Source of the DNA: the human T2T-CHM13v2.0 reference genome, Homo sapiens
Strand: one strand, 5' to 3'
DNA length: 64,000 bases
NCBI RefSeq assembly: GCF_009914755.1
Contig: NC_060930.1
Below the pieces are notes generated by a model. The model searched no databases, was not told the DNA's origin, and saw only the letters and a program-made list of their open reading frames with translations. Position numbers and translations under genes: made by a program. Shown one piece after another: positions 1 to 24,879 of this stretch; the first letter of the stretch is position 1, and every line of letters starts with the position of its first letter.

Positions 1-194
1 ATACATTTATTTATTTTTTCTTTCTGGCCTAAGCTAGTTTAAATTAGGATTCTGTCACTTCCAACCAAGAATCCTGGCTAACTAAATTAAAGCTCGTATA
101 CGAATTCATAATTTTGGAAACAACTTTCACCATCCATATATCACCTCACTACCCTCCTTCCAAACTCCCTGACATAGTCATTCAATGTATCATG

Positions 195-733
<539 letters not shown>

Positions 734-1080
734 ACCACCTCCTCTACAGGCTATCCTGGGCACAAAGAATGTAAAAGAAGGACTTGGCCAACATGTATGT
801 CCAAGGATACTTTTATATTTAATTCCTCAAATTACATCAGAGTTAACTTTACAGAGGACAGGATTCTCCCTTTAGAAATTTCATGACATTCTGTCTTGAA
901 CATCTCAGTGTAATCAAGCACATGAAGGTCAGAGCTATATCCTCTGCTCCAAACTGCTCCCAGGAGTTAAGGTGTCACTGACTCATCTGGGGAGTTAAGT
1001 TAAATAGAAGCCTCTTTGAGAAATTCTTCCATCATTCCCTTGGCAACTGTAGACCCAACAAGGGGAAGGAGCCCCTGGCA

Positions 1081-1187
1081 GCAGCCAAACTGGCTGGAAA
1101 TAATGAAGGGTTTATATTGCAGCACCCATTTTGTGCAAAAAAACAAACCAGAAAAAAAAGACATCCTCTCAAATTAGTATTCAGCTC
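1081..1187. repeat. Inverted-repeat arm A (non-TE sequence; partner at 2836-2941)
   Basis: Reverse complement aligns to 2836-2941 with about 9 differences in about 106 nt (manual alignment). Confidence 0.95.
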
Positions 1188-1890
<703 letters not shown>

Positions 1891-2141
1891 CACATTTTCA
1901 TGAATAGCTAATCTTAATGTTATCGTTCTTGTTTGTTCTGACTGATTCATATAAGATTCACATGACCCTGTTTCTACATTCTAAGTTAACAGTGAAAGTT
2001 CATCACAGTGGGTGTCAGTATTAATTAAACAATGCAACTGAAACCCAACTATTCCAGTTAAGACATCCCTAACCTCTCTAGCCATCTTGGACTATTTTAT
2101 TTTATATTCCTCAAAATGACTAAAGTCCTGCCTCCATTCCC

Positions 2142-2402
2142 CAACATCTCACTGGCAGACTAGGTGTCTGGTAGAGGTCTATTTCCTGATTCATAGATGG
2201 CACCTTCTCCATGTGTCCTCACATGGTGGAAGGGGCTAGCTAGCTCTCTATGGTCTTTAAGAAGGGCATGATTCCTAATAGTGAGGGATATGCTCTTACA
2301 ATATAATCACCTCCCAAAGGCCTTACCTCGTAATACTGTCACCTTGAGGATTAGGATTTCAGCATATGAATTTGGAAGGGGACAGACATTTAGACCATAG
2401 CA
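2142..2402 (-). mobile_element. MLT1A-type MaLR LTR fragment
   Basis: 'gtgtcctcacatggtggaagg', 'aatcacctcccaaaggcc' and terminal 'gacatttagaccatagca'. Confidence 0.8.
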
Positions 2403-2466
2403 AGTGAGGCACAAACAGATTCCAAAAGCCAGAGAAAAGATACAAGGTTGATTCTTCCTCAAGGCT

Positions 2467-2835
2467 TGTATTAGTCCATTCCCACACTGCTATGAAGAAA
2501 TACCTGAGATTGGGTAATTTATAAAGGAAAGAGGTTTAATTGATTCACAGTTCTGCAAGGCTGGGAAAGCCTCAGGTAGCTTATAGTCATGGCGAAAGGG
2601 GAAGCAAACACGTCCTTCTTCACAGGGCGGCAGGAGAGACAAGTGAGAAGCAAACGGGGAAAAGCCCTTTAAAAAACCATCAGATTGCGTGAGAACTCAC
2701 TCACTACCACAAGAACTGCATGGGGAAAACCACCCCCATGATTCAATTATCTCCACCTGGTCCCACCCTTCACATGTGGGGATTATTACAATTCAAGGTG
2801 AGATTTGGGTGGGCACACAGAGCCAAACCATATCA
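2467..2835 (-). mobile_element. THE1 (C/D-like) solo LTR
   Basis: 'tgtattagtccatt...gccaaaccatatca'; 5-bp TSD aggct/gggct. Confidence 0.92.
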
Positions 2836-2941
2836 GGGCTGAATACTAATTTGTGGGGATGTCTTTGTTTTCTGGTTTGATTTTTGCACAAAATGGGTTC
2901 TTCAATATAAACCCTTCAGTATTTCCAGCCAGTTTGGCTGC
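2836..2941. repeat. Inverted-repeat arm B (partner at 1081-1187)
   Basis: Same alignment as arm A. Confidence 0.95.
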
Positions 2942-3000
2942 ACGTGGGGATCACAGTATGAGATGAGATTTGGGTGAGGACACAGAGCCAAACCATGTCA
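2941..3000 (-). mobile_element. Orphan 60-nt 5' end of a THE1 LTR
   Basis: 'cacgtggggatcac...agatttgggtgaggacacagagccaaaccatgtca'; followed by gtgtg. Confidence 0.9.
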
Positions 3001-3018
3001 GTGTGTTTCTGAATGTAA

Positions 3019-3962
<944 letters not shown>

Positions 3963-4051
3963 GTTTACACTGACAAATGAGAAATTATACATAAGTGCTT
4001 AGAATAATACCTGACACAAACTAATGCTATATGTATGTATGTTTGGTGCTC

Positions 4052-4102
4052 CTTTCTTTCTCTTTCTTTCTTTCTTTCTTTTTCTTTCTTTCTTTCTGTC
4101 TG

Positions 4103-4150
<48 letters not shown>

Positions 4151-4240
4151 TCCTTCTTTCTTTCTTTCTTTTCTTTCTTTCTCTCTTTCTCTCTCTCTCT
4201 CTCTCTATCCCTCTTTCTTTCTTTCTTTCTTTTTTTTTTT
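4052..4240. repeat. (TTTC)n/(TC)n compound microsatellite (expanded Alu tail)
   Basis: Read directly; it explains the F/S/L-rich and K/E/R-rich ORFs. Confidence 0.98.
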
Positions 4241-4536
4241 AAACAAGGGCTTGCTCTGTTGCTCTGGCTGGAGTGAATGGCATGATCTCCGCTCACTGCA
4301 AGCTTCACCTTCTGGGCTCAAGTGATCCTCCCACCTCAGCCTCCCAAGTAGCTACTTGTAGTACTACCAAGTACTACAGGCATGAACCATCATGCCCAGC
4401 TCCTTTATGTATTTTTTTGTAGAGACAGGGTTTCACCATGTTGAGCAGGCTGGTGTCAAATTCCTGGGCTCAAGCCTTTTGCTTGCCTCGGGCTCCCAAA
4501 GGCAGGGATTATAGCTGTGAGCCACCATGCTCAGCC
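4241..4536 (-). mobile_element. AluJ
   Basis: J-type 'ctgggctcaagtgatcctccc' and 'ttcctgggctcaag'. Confidence 0.9.
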
Positions 4537-4618
4537 TTGATGTTTTATTCTTTTAAAAGAGAAACATCCATTCATAAATACCTTCTTAATATAAGGCCAT
4601 ACAAGTACAGTAGGATAA

Positions 4619-5017
4619 TGTGTTAACCTGTTTTGTATTGCTATAAAGGAATACGGGAGGCTCAGTAATTTAGTAAGAGATTTATTTGGCTCATGGTTCT
4701 GCATGGTGCCAGCATCTGCTAAGCGTCTGATGAAGTCTCAGGAAGCTTTTACTCATGGTGGAAGGTGAAAGGGGAGCAGGCAAGTCACATGGCAAGAGAG
4801 GGAGCAAGATAGAGGGAAGAGGTGTCAGTCTCTGAACAATCAGTTCTCCTGTGAATGAATATAGTAACAACACACTCATTACCATGGGGAGGGCACGAAG
4901 CCATGTATGAGCGATATGCTGCCATGACCCAAACACCTCCCACTAAGTTCCACCTCCAACATTGGAGATCACATTTCATCATGAGATTTTGAGGAGACAA
5001 ATATCCCAACCATATTA
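4619..5017 (-). mobile_element. MST (MSTB-like) solo LTR
   Basis: 'tgtgttaacctgttttgtattgctataaagg...cccaaccatatta'; TSD gataa/gatag. Confidence 0.85.
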
Positions 5018-5116
5018 GATAGATAGGTAAGTAGGTAGTTAGGTAGGTAGGTAGGTAGATAAACATGTACATAGATGGATAGGTGGATAGATAGGTAGAA
5101 AGGTGGATAAATAGAT
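5017..5116. repeat. (TAGG/TAGA)n degenerate microsatellite
   Basis: Read directly. Confidence 0.9.
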
Positions 5117-5399
5117 TTAAAATAAGATATTAAACATAGCTAATGTTACATTATTGTTGTTATTTTTGTCATTATTGTTATGATCTGGATTTCATTGTAT
5201 AAACAGTGGCTCACCTTTATTCCTCTTTTTATTTTTCTGCACTAAAATTGTGATTTCTGATTCTCATAAGGGTCATGAAGCTACATATTTCAAGAAATGC
5301 AGACTTAAGTACAAAAATGTAACTGTGTTCATGGTTTATTGAAAGCATCATTGATGGAAGAGATAACTTTTATTATTCAAAGGAAAACAAACACAGATA

Positions 5400-5610
5400 T
5401 TATTTTTGTATACTATGTGCAGGATGGAATTTCAAACACTTTAGACAGTGTTGATACACAGAACTACCTTTCTATTATTATCCCACTTCACAGAGGAGGA
5501 AATTGAAGTACAGAAAAGTTAACATGCTAGAGGTTTCACAGCTATTAAGTAGCAAGACCAGGATTGAAACCAAGGTAGTCCAATTCCAGAGCAGAATCTG
5601 TCAATGACCA
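5400..5610 (-). mobile_element. MIR
   Basis: Core 'cccacttcacagaggaggaaattgaag' and 'ggattgaaaccaagg'. Confidence 0.75.
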
Positions 5611-5774
5611 AGTTACCTAATCTTTCAGAAAGCCAGAAACAGTCAGATAAATAATCCACCTTGGTTCATCTCTCTTAGTATTTTATTTTCATTTTTGGGG
5701 ACACAATCCTAAAACTACTTAAAATAGACTGATTATTCCTTTATAAGTTATGTGGGAAAGCAATAACTTAAGTT

Positions 5775-5990
5775 TACTCATTTTTTTTTTAAAACAAGTA
5801 TTTAATGAGCACCTACTAAGTGCCAGAAACTTTTCTGGGCATGGGGCTAAGCAGTGAAAGAAATCGATGACTTCATGGAACTTATGTTCTAGAGAAGTGG
5901 ATATAGATAATAAACTAAATAAGTATAAATATTATAAAGAAAAATAGAGAAGAAGTTTGAGCAGACAGGAAAGGCTTCACCAAGCAAGTT
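5775..5990 (-). mobile_element. L2 3' fragment
   Basis: 'aacaagtatttaatgagcacctactaagtgccag'. Confidence 0.75.
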
Positions 5991-6558
5991 GTTCATTTGC
6001 TTAGGAAATCATGGAGAAGGGGAAAGAAATATTGTGTTCACAATTTCCCATTTACTTTTAGTGTCTTTTCTACTAAGACAATTCTTTACTGGGAGCTAGG
6101 TCACCAGAGGGACCTGCTTGCCATGATTTTTAGAAATTCACACTTCAATGGATGCAAAGCCAGAAGGTTGCAGGCCCTTTCTATGCAATGCTACCCTGTG
6201 CTAGGATGCACCCACAAGTCTGCAGTTCATGAAAGATTCTTCCAAGCCAGAGCAGCTTCTATACTTGAACTCATCATTCAAATAATGTGGGAGATTTAAA
6301 CTTAGCCAAACTCCTTGAGCAGTTCAGTATCTTTTCACACAGGACATTTGGCTTGTCAAAAGAAAAGTTGGATTGCCTGAGGCTTGATCTTAAACATGTC
6401 TGAAGTTGGAGACACTGCATGAGACTTTTGCTTCCCTTTCTATCTTGCATACATGTTTGTTTGTGCTAAAAAGGCAACATTGTCAAAACACCTACAGAGA
6501 TATCACAATAGAAGTGCAAAATCACACTATGAAATGCTGATAAAGAATGTGTTTTCCC

Positions 6559-9117
<2,559 letters not shown>

Positions 9118-9799
9118 GAATGTGTTTTCCCATGAATTTTCGTAAATGATCTAGCCTAAACATTCTAGTAAACAACCCCCAAAACAGGATAAATAAAATT
9201 TGAGTAAAATCCCAAGCATGAAGATAATATATTTTAATTTAACAAATAGTTTATTTCTACTGTTTAAAAAATGATTGTCTTAAATGATCATCATATACTT
9301 CAGTTTTCTCACTGCCTTTTCAGGAAGGCCATTTCCTCATTCATTAGACATAATCACAACCAGCTTCTCCGACTTTGAATATCATGGAAAACAAAAGCTA
9401 CAGACCCAATATATCAGGTGATGCTATGATTTCAGGGCAATTTTGTGCAACCAGTTCTCATAATCAGTGCAGATCTCAGTCTGTGCAAACAAGGATCCCA
9501 GTGCAAGAAATGTTAACAAAGAAATGCCTTCTTTAGGAGTACCCTCTCCACCTCTTTCCTCTCCACCTATTTCTTCCTCATCCCAAACTAGGTAGCAATT
9601 ATCACTGTTGCTCTATTACTGTCCCCTCTTATCTTCTAAGGTTTTCCTTTCTTGGTTTTTCAGTTGTTTTCAAACTTTAGAAGAAATAAGGATCACCAAG
9701 GAACTCGTTAGACATATATATATATACACACCCACATATATATAAACACTATATGTCATTAGACATATAAATATATATTATTATATATTTAATATGTAT

Positions 9800-10043
9800 A
9801 TTTAAATTGACAAGTAATAATTGTATATGTTTATGGGATACAATGTGATTTTTCCATAACATGTACACATTGTGAAATGATCAAATCAGACTACCATATC
9901 TATCAAGTAATTATCATTTATTTGTAGTGAGAACATTTAAAATCCATTATTTTAACTATTTTGAAATATACAATATATTATTAACCATAATCACTAGACC
10001 ACCAGAACCGATTTCTCCTGTCTAACTAAAATTTTGTATCCTT
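9800..10043 (-). mobile_element. Old L1MA (MA8-10-like) 3' end
   Basis: 'taattgtatatgtttatgggatacaatgtg...gtctaactaaaattttgtatcc'. Confidence 0.75.
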
Positions 10044-10272
10044 TGTCTTAGTCTGTTTTGTGTGCTATAAAGAAATATCTGAGGCTGGGCAATTTAGAAA
10101 GAAAAATAGTTTATTTGGCTCACAATTCTCATGGCCAGAAAGTACAACATTGGGCATCTGCACCTGATAAGAGCCTCAAGCTACTTCTGCTCATGGGAGA
10201 TGGCAAAGGAGAGCAGTATGTAGAGATCACATGGTGAGAGAGAAAGCAAGTGGTCAGGCAGAAGCCAGGCTC
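10044..10272 (-). mobile_element. MST (C/B1-like) LTR, truncated
   Basis: 'tgtcttagtctgttttgtgtgctataaag...agagatcacatggtgagagag'; cut by the following L1. Confidence 0.8.
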
Positions 10273-10448
10273 TTTTTTTTTTTAATTTTTAATTTTGTGG
10301 GTACATAGTAGGTGTGTATATTTATGGGGTACATCAGATATTTTGATACAGGGATACAATGCATAATAATCATATCAGGATATACGGAATATCCATCACC
10401 TCAAGCATTTATCCTTTTTTTGTGTTACAAAAATCTACACTCTTTTGG

Positions 10449-10752
<304 letters not shown>

Positions 10753-12145
10753 TCTTTTGTTATTTTAAAATGTACAATACATTACTGGTGGCTGTAGACA
10801 CCTTCTTGTGCTATCGAATACTAGCTCTTAGTCATTCTACGTAACTATATTTTTGTACCATTAACCATGCCCCCTTTCTCTTCACTACCCTTTCCAGCCT
10901 CAGTAATCATTGTTCTACTCTCTATCTCCATGAGTTTAATTGCTTTAATTTTTAGCTCCCACAAAGACATGAGAACATGTGAAATTTGTCTTTCTGTGCC
11001 TGGCTTATTTTACTTAACATAATGATCTCCAATTCTATCCATGTTGCTACAAATGACTGGATCTCATTCTTTTTTATGGCTGAGTAGTACTCAATTGTGT
11101 ATATGTACCACATTTTCTCTATCCATTCATCTGCTGATGAACACTTAATGTTGCTTCCAAATCTTGCCTATTGTGAATAGTGCTGCAATAAAAATGGGAG
11201 TGCAGGTATCTCTTCTATATACTGATTTCCTTTCTTTCGGTTATATACCTAGCAGTGGCATTGCTGGATCATATGGTAGCTTTATTTTTAGTTTTTTGGG
11301 AAATCTCAAACTGTTCTCCATAGCAGTTGTACTAATTTACATTCCCACCAACAGTGTATGAGGGTTTCCTTTTTTGCACATCTTTGCCAGTATTGTTATA
11401 ACTTGTATTTTGGATAAAAGCCCTTTTAACTGGAGTGAGATGATATCTTCTTGTAGTTTTGATTTGCATTTCTCAGAATATTAATGATGTTGAGCACCTT
11501 TTCATACATCTGTTTTCCATTTGTATGTCTTATTTTGAGAAATGTCTATTCAGATATTTTGCCACTTGTTTAATTGGATTATTAGATTTTTTTTCTATTG
11601 AGTTTTTCGAGCTCTTTATATATTCTGGTTATTAATCCCTTGTCAGATGGATAGTTTGCAAAGATTATCTCCCATTCTGTGAGTTGTCTTTTCACTTTGT
11701 TGATTGTTTCTTTTGCTTTGCAGAAGCTTTTTAACTTGATGTGATACCATGTGTACATGTTAGCTTTGGTTGCTTATGTGTGTGTGGTATTATTCAAGAA
11801 ATATTCGCTGTGACCAATGTCCTAGAGGATGTTTTCTTTGAGTAGTTTTATAGTTTGAAGTCTTAGTTTTAAGTTTTTAATTCACCTTGATTTGATTTTT
11901 GTATATTGTGAGAGATAGGGTCTAGTTTCATTCTCCAGTATATGGACATCCAATTTTTCTCAGACCATTTATTGAAAGGACTGTTCTTTCCCCAGTGTGT
12001 GTTCTTGGAACTTTGTTGGAAATAAGTTTCTCAGATTTCTATTCTGTTCCAATGATCTACATGTCTGTTTTTATACCAGTACCATGCTGTTTTGTTTACT
12101 GTAGCTTTGTAGTATAATTTGAATTTTTTTCATGACATGAGACAG

Positions 12146-12376
12146 ATATATATATATCTATATATCTATATATATCTATATATCTATATATATCTATATA
12201 TATCTATATATCTATATATATCTATATATATCTATATATCTATATATATCTATATATATCTATATATATCTATATATATATCTATATATATCTATATATA
12301 TATCTATATATATCTATATATATATCTATATATATATCTATATATATCTATATATATCTATATATATCTATATATA
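12146..12376. repeat. (TA)n interrupted by TC, ~230-bp AT-rich tandem repeat
   Basis: Read directly. Confidence 0.98.
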
Positions 12377-12810
12377 TTTGAGGTTGCATATTTCACTTTA
12401 TTTAGCAAATGGTCACACTTGGCCCCACCACTGCCCCTGCAGCCTTGCTTGAACACCTGCCTCAGGAAGCAGCTCAGAGTGAACAGGAAGGCCTGGGTTT
12501 CCAAGCTTGGGCCTCACCTGCCTCCACACATGCCACACACTACAGAACAAAATTACTGCCCCATGTCCTCAGGAGCCCATCCCATGTGGTCCAGGCGGCC
12601 CTCCAGTGTTCAACAGCTGCCTGCAGGGGCTGCAGCCCAGCTCTAGGCACAGACCCCCTGTTCCTGAGACACCAGCCCCAGGAGAGCCTCTGTCTCCAGC
12701 TGTGAGGGTGCCAGACACTGAGCCCTGGCCCTGCCACCTGTCCTTGCTGGGCAATAAGCAAATGTATGAAAATACTTCAATGACTTCTTTGAAAGAGTTA
12801 AGCTTGGCAA
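12377..12810 (-). pseudogene. Probable 5'-truncated processed copy of an mRNA 3' end (parent not identified)
   Basis: GC-rich non-L1 segment interrupting the L1. AATAAA on the minus strand (12397-12402) lies about 17 nt before an A/AT-rich tail. Confidence 0.7.
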
Positions 12811-15721
12811 TAAATTTATCTTCTAGATTTTCCAAATTATTAATATATAGTTGCTCATAATAGCTTCTAATAATCCTTTGTAATGTGATTCTTCCAGTTT
12901 CATTCTTTTTGCTCAGGATAGCATTGGCTATTCTGGCTCTTTGTGGTTCCATACAAGTTTTAGGATTGTTTTTTCTCTTTCTGTGAAGAATGTCAGTGGT
13001 ATTTGATAAGGATTGCATTGAATCTGTAAATTGCTTTGTGTAGTGTGGTAATTTTAACAATATTGACTCTTCCAATCCATGAACATGGAATATGTTTTCA
13101 TTTTTTCTGATGTCCTCTTCAATTTCTTGCAGCAGTGATTTACAGTTTTCATTGTAGAGATCTTTCACTTCATTGGTTATGTTAATTCCTAGGTATTTTA
13201 TTTTCTTTGTAGTTATTATAAATGGGATTACTTTCTTGATTTCTTTTTCACTTTGTTTGTCGTTGGCAAGTAGAAATGCTAGTAATTTTTTATGTTGACT
13301 TTGTATCCTGGCACTATGCTGAATTTGTTGATCAATTCTAATAGCTTTTTGGTAACATCTTTAGATTTTTCCAAATATAATACCATATCATTTGCACAGA
13401 AGAATAATTTGACTCTTCCTTTTTAATGTAGATGTGCTTTCTTTTTCTTGTCTGATTGCTCTAGGTAGGACTTACAGTATTATTTTGAATAACAGTGATG
13501 AAAGTTGGCATCCTTGTCATGCTCCAGATCTTAGAGAAAAGGCTTTTAATTTTTCCCATTCAGTAGTATACTAGCTGTGGGTCTGTCATATATGGCTTTT
13601 ATTATGTTGAGGTATATTCCTTCTACATCCAGTTTTCTGAGGGTTTTTAACATGAAGTGATGTTGAATTTTATCAAATGCTCTTTTAGCATCAATTGAAA
13701 TGATTATATGGTTGTTGTTCTTCATTATGTTGATATGATGTATCATATTGAATAATTTCTGTATGTTGAACAATTTTTGCATCACTGGGATAAATCCCAT
13801 TTCATCATGGTGAATGATCTTTTAATGTATTGTTGAATTTGATTTGCAAGTATTTTGTTGAGGATTTTTACATCAATGTTCATCAGGGATATTAGCCTGT
13901 AGTTTCTTTTTTGATGTGTCTTTGTCTGGTTTTTGTATCAGGATAATACTGGCCTCATAGAATGAGTTTCTGAAGTATTCCTTCCTCCTTTATTTTTCAG
14001 AATAGTTTGAGAAGGATTGGTATTAAGTTCTTTTAATGTTTGATAGAATTCAGAAGTGAAGCCATTGGGTCCTGGACTTTTCTTCGCTGGGAGAATTTTT
14101 ATTACATCTTCAATCTTGTTACTTGTTATTTTTCTGTTCAGGTTTTGGATTTCTTCATGATTCAATCTTGGTAGCTTGTATATGTCTAAGAAATTATCCA
14201 TTTCTTCTAGATTTTCCAAATTATTGATATATAGTTGCTCATAATAGCTTCTAATTATCTTTTGAATTTCTATGGTATTGGTTGTAATGTCTCCTTTTTC
14301 AACTTTGATTTTATTGATTTGGGTCTTCTCTTTTTTTTCTTAGTCTGACTATAGGTTTGTTGATTTTTTTAAATCTCTTCAAAAAACCGACTTTTCATTT
14401 CTTTGATAGTTTGTATTATTTTCCTTGTTTCAATTTCATCTATTTCTGCTCTGATCTTTATTATTTCTTTCCTCCTACTAATTTTAGGTTTGGCTTGCTC
14501 TTACTTTTCTAGTTCCATAAGATGCATTCTTAGGTTGTTTATTTAAAGTTTTTCTATCTTTTCGATGTAGGCACTTATAGTACTGCTTTTGCTGTATCCT
14601 ATAGGTTTCGATATGTTGTGTTTCCTTTATAATTTGTTTCAAGAAATTTTTAAATTTTCCTCTTAAGTTCTTCATTGACCTACTGGTCATTCAGGAGGAT
14701 ATTGTTTAATTTCCATGTGTTTGTATAGTTTCCAAAATTTCTCTTATTGTTGATTTCTAGTTTTATTATATTGTGGTCAGAGAAGATGCTTGATATAATT
14801 CCTTTTTTTCAAGAAAATGTTAAGACTTGTTTTGTGGCCTAACATATGGTCTATCCTTGAGAATGATCCATGTGCTGAGGAGAAGAATGTGTATTCTGCA
14901 GCCACTGGGTGAAATGTTCATTAAACATCTATTAGATCAATTTGGTCCATAGTGCGGATTTAGTCCAAAGCTCTTTGTTGATTTTCTGTCTGGATAATCT
15001 GGCCAATGCTGTAAGTGGGGTGTTGAAGTCTCCAGCTATTATTGTATTAGGGTCTATCTCTCTCTTTAGCTCTAATAATATTTGCTTTATATATCTGAGG
15101 GCTCCCTTGTTGGATGAATATATATTTAAAATTGTTATATCCTCTCTCTGAATTGATTTTTTATCATTATATAATGACCTTCTTTGTCTTTTTTAAATAG
15201 ATTTTTGTCTTGAAATGTATTTTGTCTGATAAAATATAGCTACGCCTGCTCTTTTTTGGTTTCCTTTTGCATGGAATATCTTTTTCCATCTCTTTGTTTT
15301 CAGTCTATGTATGTCTTTATATGTAAAGTATGTTCTCATAGCAAAGGATCATTGGGCCTTCTTTTTTAATCCATTTAGTCATTCTCTGTCTTTTGATTGG
15401 AAGATTTAGTCCATTTATATTCAACGTTACTATTGATAAGTAAAGACTTACTCCTGCCATTTTGTGATTTATTTTCTGATTGTTCTGTAGTCTTCTCCTT
15501 CTTTTCTCCTTCCTTTTAGTAAAAGTGATTTGCCCTCATGGTATGATTTAATTTCTTGCTTTTTATTTTTTGTGTATCTCTTGTATATTTTTTGATTTTA
15601 AGCTACCATGAGGCTTGCAAATGATATTTTATAACCCATTATTTTAAATAATGAAAACTTAATATTCATTGCATAAAAACAAATAAGCAAAGAGAAAACT
15701 AATAAAAATTCTACACTTTAA

Positions 15722-16038
<317 letters not shown>

Positions 16039-17569
16039 AAAGCTGTTGTAGTCATTATTTTTGATTGGTTCATCTTTTAGTCTTTTTACTCAAGATACGA
16101 GTGGTTCACACACCAAAATTACAGTGTTATACTATTCTGTGTTTTTCTGTGTACTTACTATTACCAGTGAGTTTTGCACCTTCACATGATTTCTTATTGC
16201 TTATTAATGTCCTTTTCTTTTGGATTGAAGAACCCCTTTAGCATTCCTTGCAGGTCAAGTCTGGTGTTGATGAAATGCCTCAACTTTTGTTTGTCTGGGA
16301 AAGTCTATTCTTCATATTTGAAGGATATTTTAGCTGGATAGATCATTCTAGGAGAAAAGGGTTTTTCCTCAGCATTCTTTCCTGTCATGCCACTCTCTCC
16401 TGGCCTGTAATGTTTCCACTGAAAAGTCTGCTGTCAGACATATTTGACCTCCATTTTATATTGTTTATTTCTTTTCTCTTGCTACTTTTAGGACCCTTTA
16501 TCTTTATGGGAATTCAATTATATAAATACCTTGAGGTAGTCTTCTTTGGGTTAAATCTGCTTGGTGTTCTATAATCTTCTTGTACTTAAATATTGATATC
16601 TTTCACTAGTTCTGGGAAGTTCTCTGTTATTATCCCTTTGAATAAACTTCCTACCCCAATCTTTCTCTCTTCTCCTCTTTAAAGCCAATAACTCTTAGAT
16701 TTGTCCTTTTGAGGCTATTTTCTAGACCTTATAGGCATGCTTTATTCTTTTATATTCTTTTCTTCTTTTGTCTTCTCTGTCTATTTTGAAATAGCCTGTC
16801 CTCAAGTTCATTAATTCTTTCTTCTGCTTGATCAATTCTGTTGTTAATAGACTGATGCATTCGTTAGTATGTCAATTGCATTTTTCAATGGCAGAATTCT
16901 TCTTGATTATTTTTAATTATTTCAATATGTTAAATTTATCTAATAGGATTCTAAATTCCTTCTCTCTGTTATCTTGAATTTTGTTGAGTTTCCTCAAAAC
17001 AGTTATTTTCAATTTTCTGAAAAGTCACACATGTCTCCCTTCAGAATTGATCCATGGTGACTTATTTAGTTTGTTCGATGAGTTCATATTTTCGTGGATG
17101 GTCCTAACGCTTGTTAATGTTCATAGTCTCTGTGCATTGAAGAACTAAGTACTTATTGCAGTCTTTGCAGTCTCGGCTTATTTGTACCTGTCTTTGGGAC
17201 TGCTTTGCAGGTATTTGAAGGGACCTGAATATTGTAATCTAAGCTTTTTGTCACTGCAGCCATATGTGCATTAGATACTTCCCAAGCCCAGTAATGGTAC
17301 AGCTCTTGCAGTCTTGTAGAGTTATCACCTTTATGGTCTTGGATAAGATCTGGAAGAATTTCCTGGATTACCAGGAAGAGACTCTTATTCTCTTCCCTTA
17401 CTTTCTTCTAAGCAAATGGAACCACTCTCTGAGCTGCCTGGAGCTGGGGGAAGGGTGACACAAGCACCCATGTGGCAACCACCACTAGGACTGTGCTGGG
17501 TCATACGTGAAATCAGCAAGGTACTGGGTTTTGCCCAAGGCCCACATTAACCACTTCCTGGCTACCACT

Positions 17570-17655
17570 ATATTCACTATATACTATATTGGATATATTA
17601 TACTCTATATTGGATACACTATATTGAATATACTATACACTATATTGGATATATA
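17570..17655. repeat. Short degenerate tandem repeat (actatattggatat-like units) at an L1/L1 junction
   Basis: Read directly. Confidence 0.85.
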
Positions 17656-17880
17656 CCCAGGAGTGGGATTTCTGAGTTATGTGATAATGCTATTTTTAGT
17701 TTTTTAAGGAATCTCCATACTGTTTTCTAAAATGTACTAATTTACAATGCTACAACAATGTACAAGGGTTCCCTTTTCTCCACATCCTCACCAATACTTG
17801 TTATCTTTCTTTTTTTTGTGATAGCCAATCTAATAAGTGTGAGGTAATAACTTATTGTGGTATTAATTTGCATTTCTCTG
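17645..17880 (-). mobile_element. Old L1M ORF2 3' fragment (resumes at 24722-24800)
   Basis: 'ggatatatacccaggagtggg...tttgcatttctctg', continued by 'atgattagcaatgttgaacat' after the L1PB. Confidence 0.85.
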
Positions 17881-24720
<6,840 letters not shown>

Positions 24721-24799
24721 ATTGCATTTCTCTGATGATTAGCAATGTTGAACATTTAAAAATATATGTTGGCCACTTGTTTGTCTTCTTTTGAGAAAT

Positions 24800-24855
24800 A
24801 TTATATATATACATATATGTGTATATATATACACACACACATATATACATATATT
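24800..24855. repeat. (TA)n/(CA)n microsatellite
   Basis: Read directly. Confidence 0.9.
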
Positions 24856-24879
24856 CTTGAATCCTCCCTCTCTTCATAA

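Noticed and set aside
4024-4325. F/S/L-rich and K/E/R-rich ORFs
   Set aside because: Translation of the (TTTC)n microsatellite.
12119-13168. 175-aa and 199-aa ORFs
   Set aside because: Read-through across the TA repeat, retrocopy and L1 junctions; no coherent protein.
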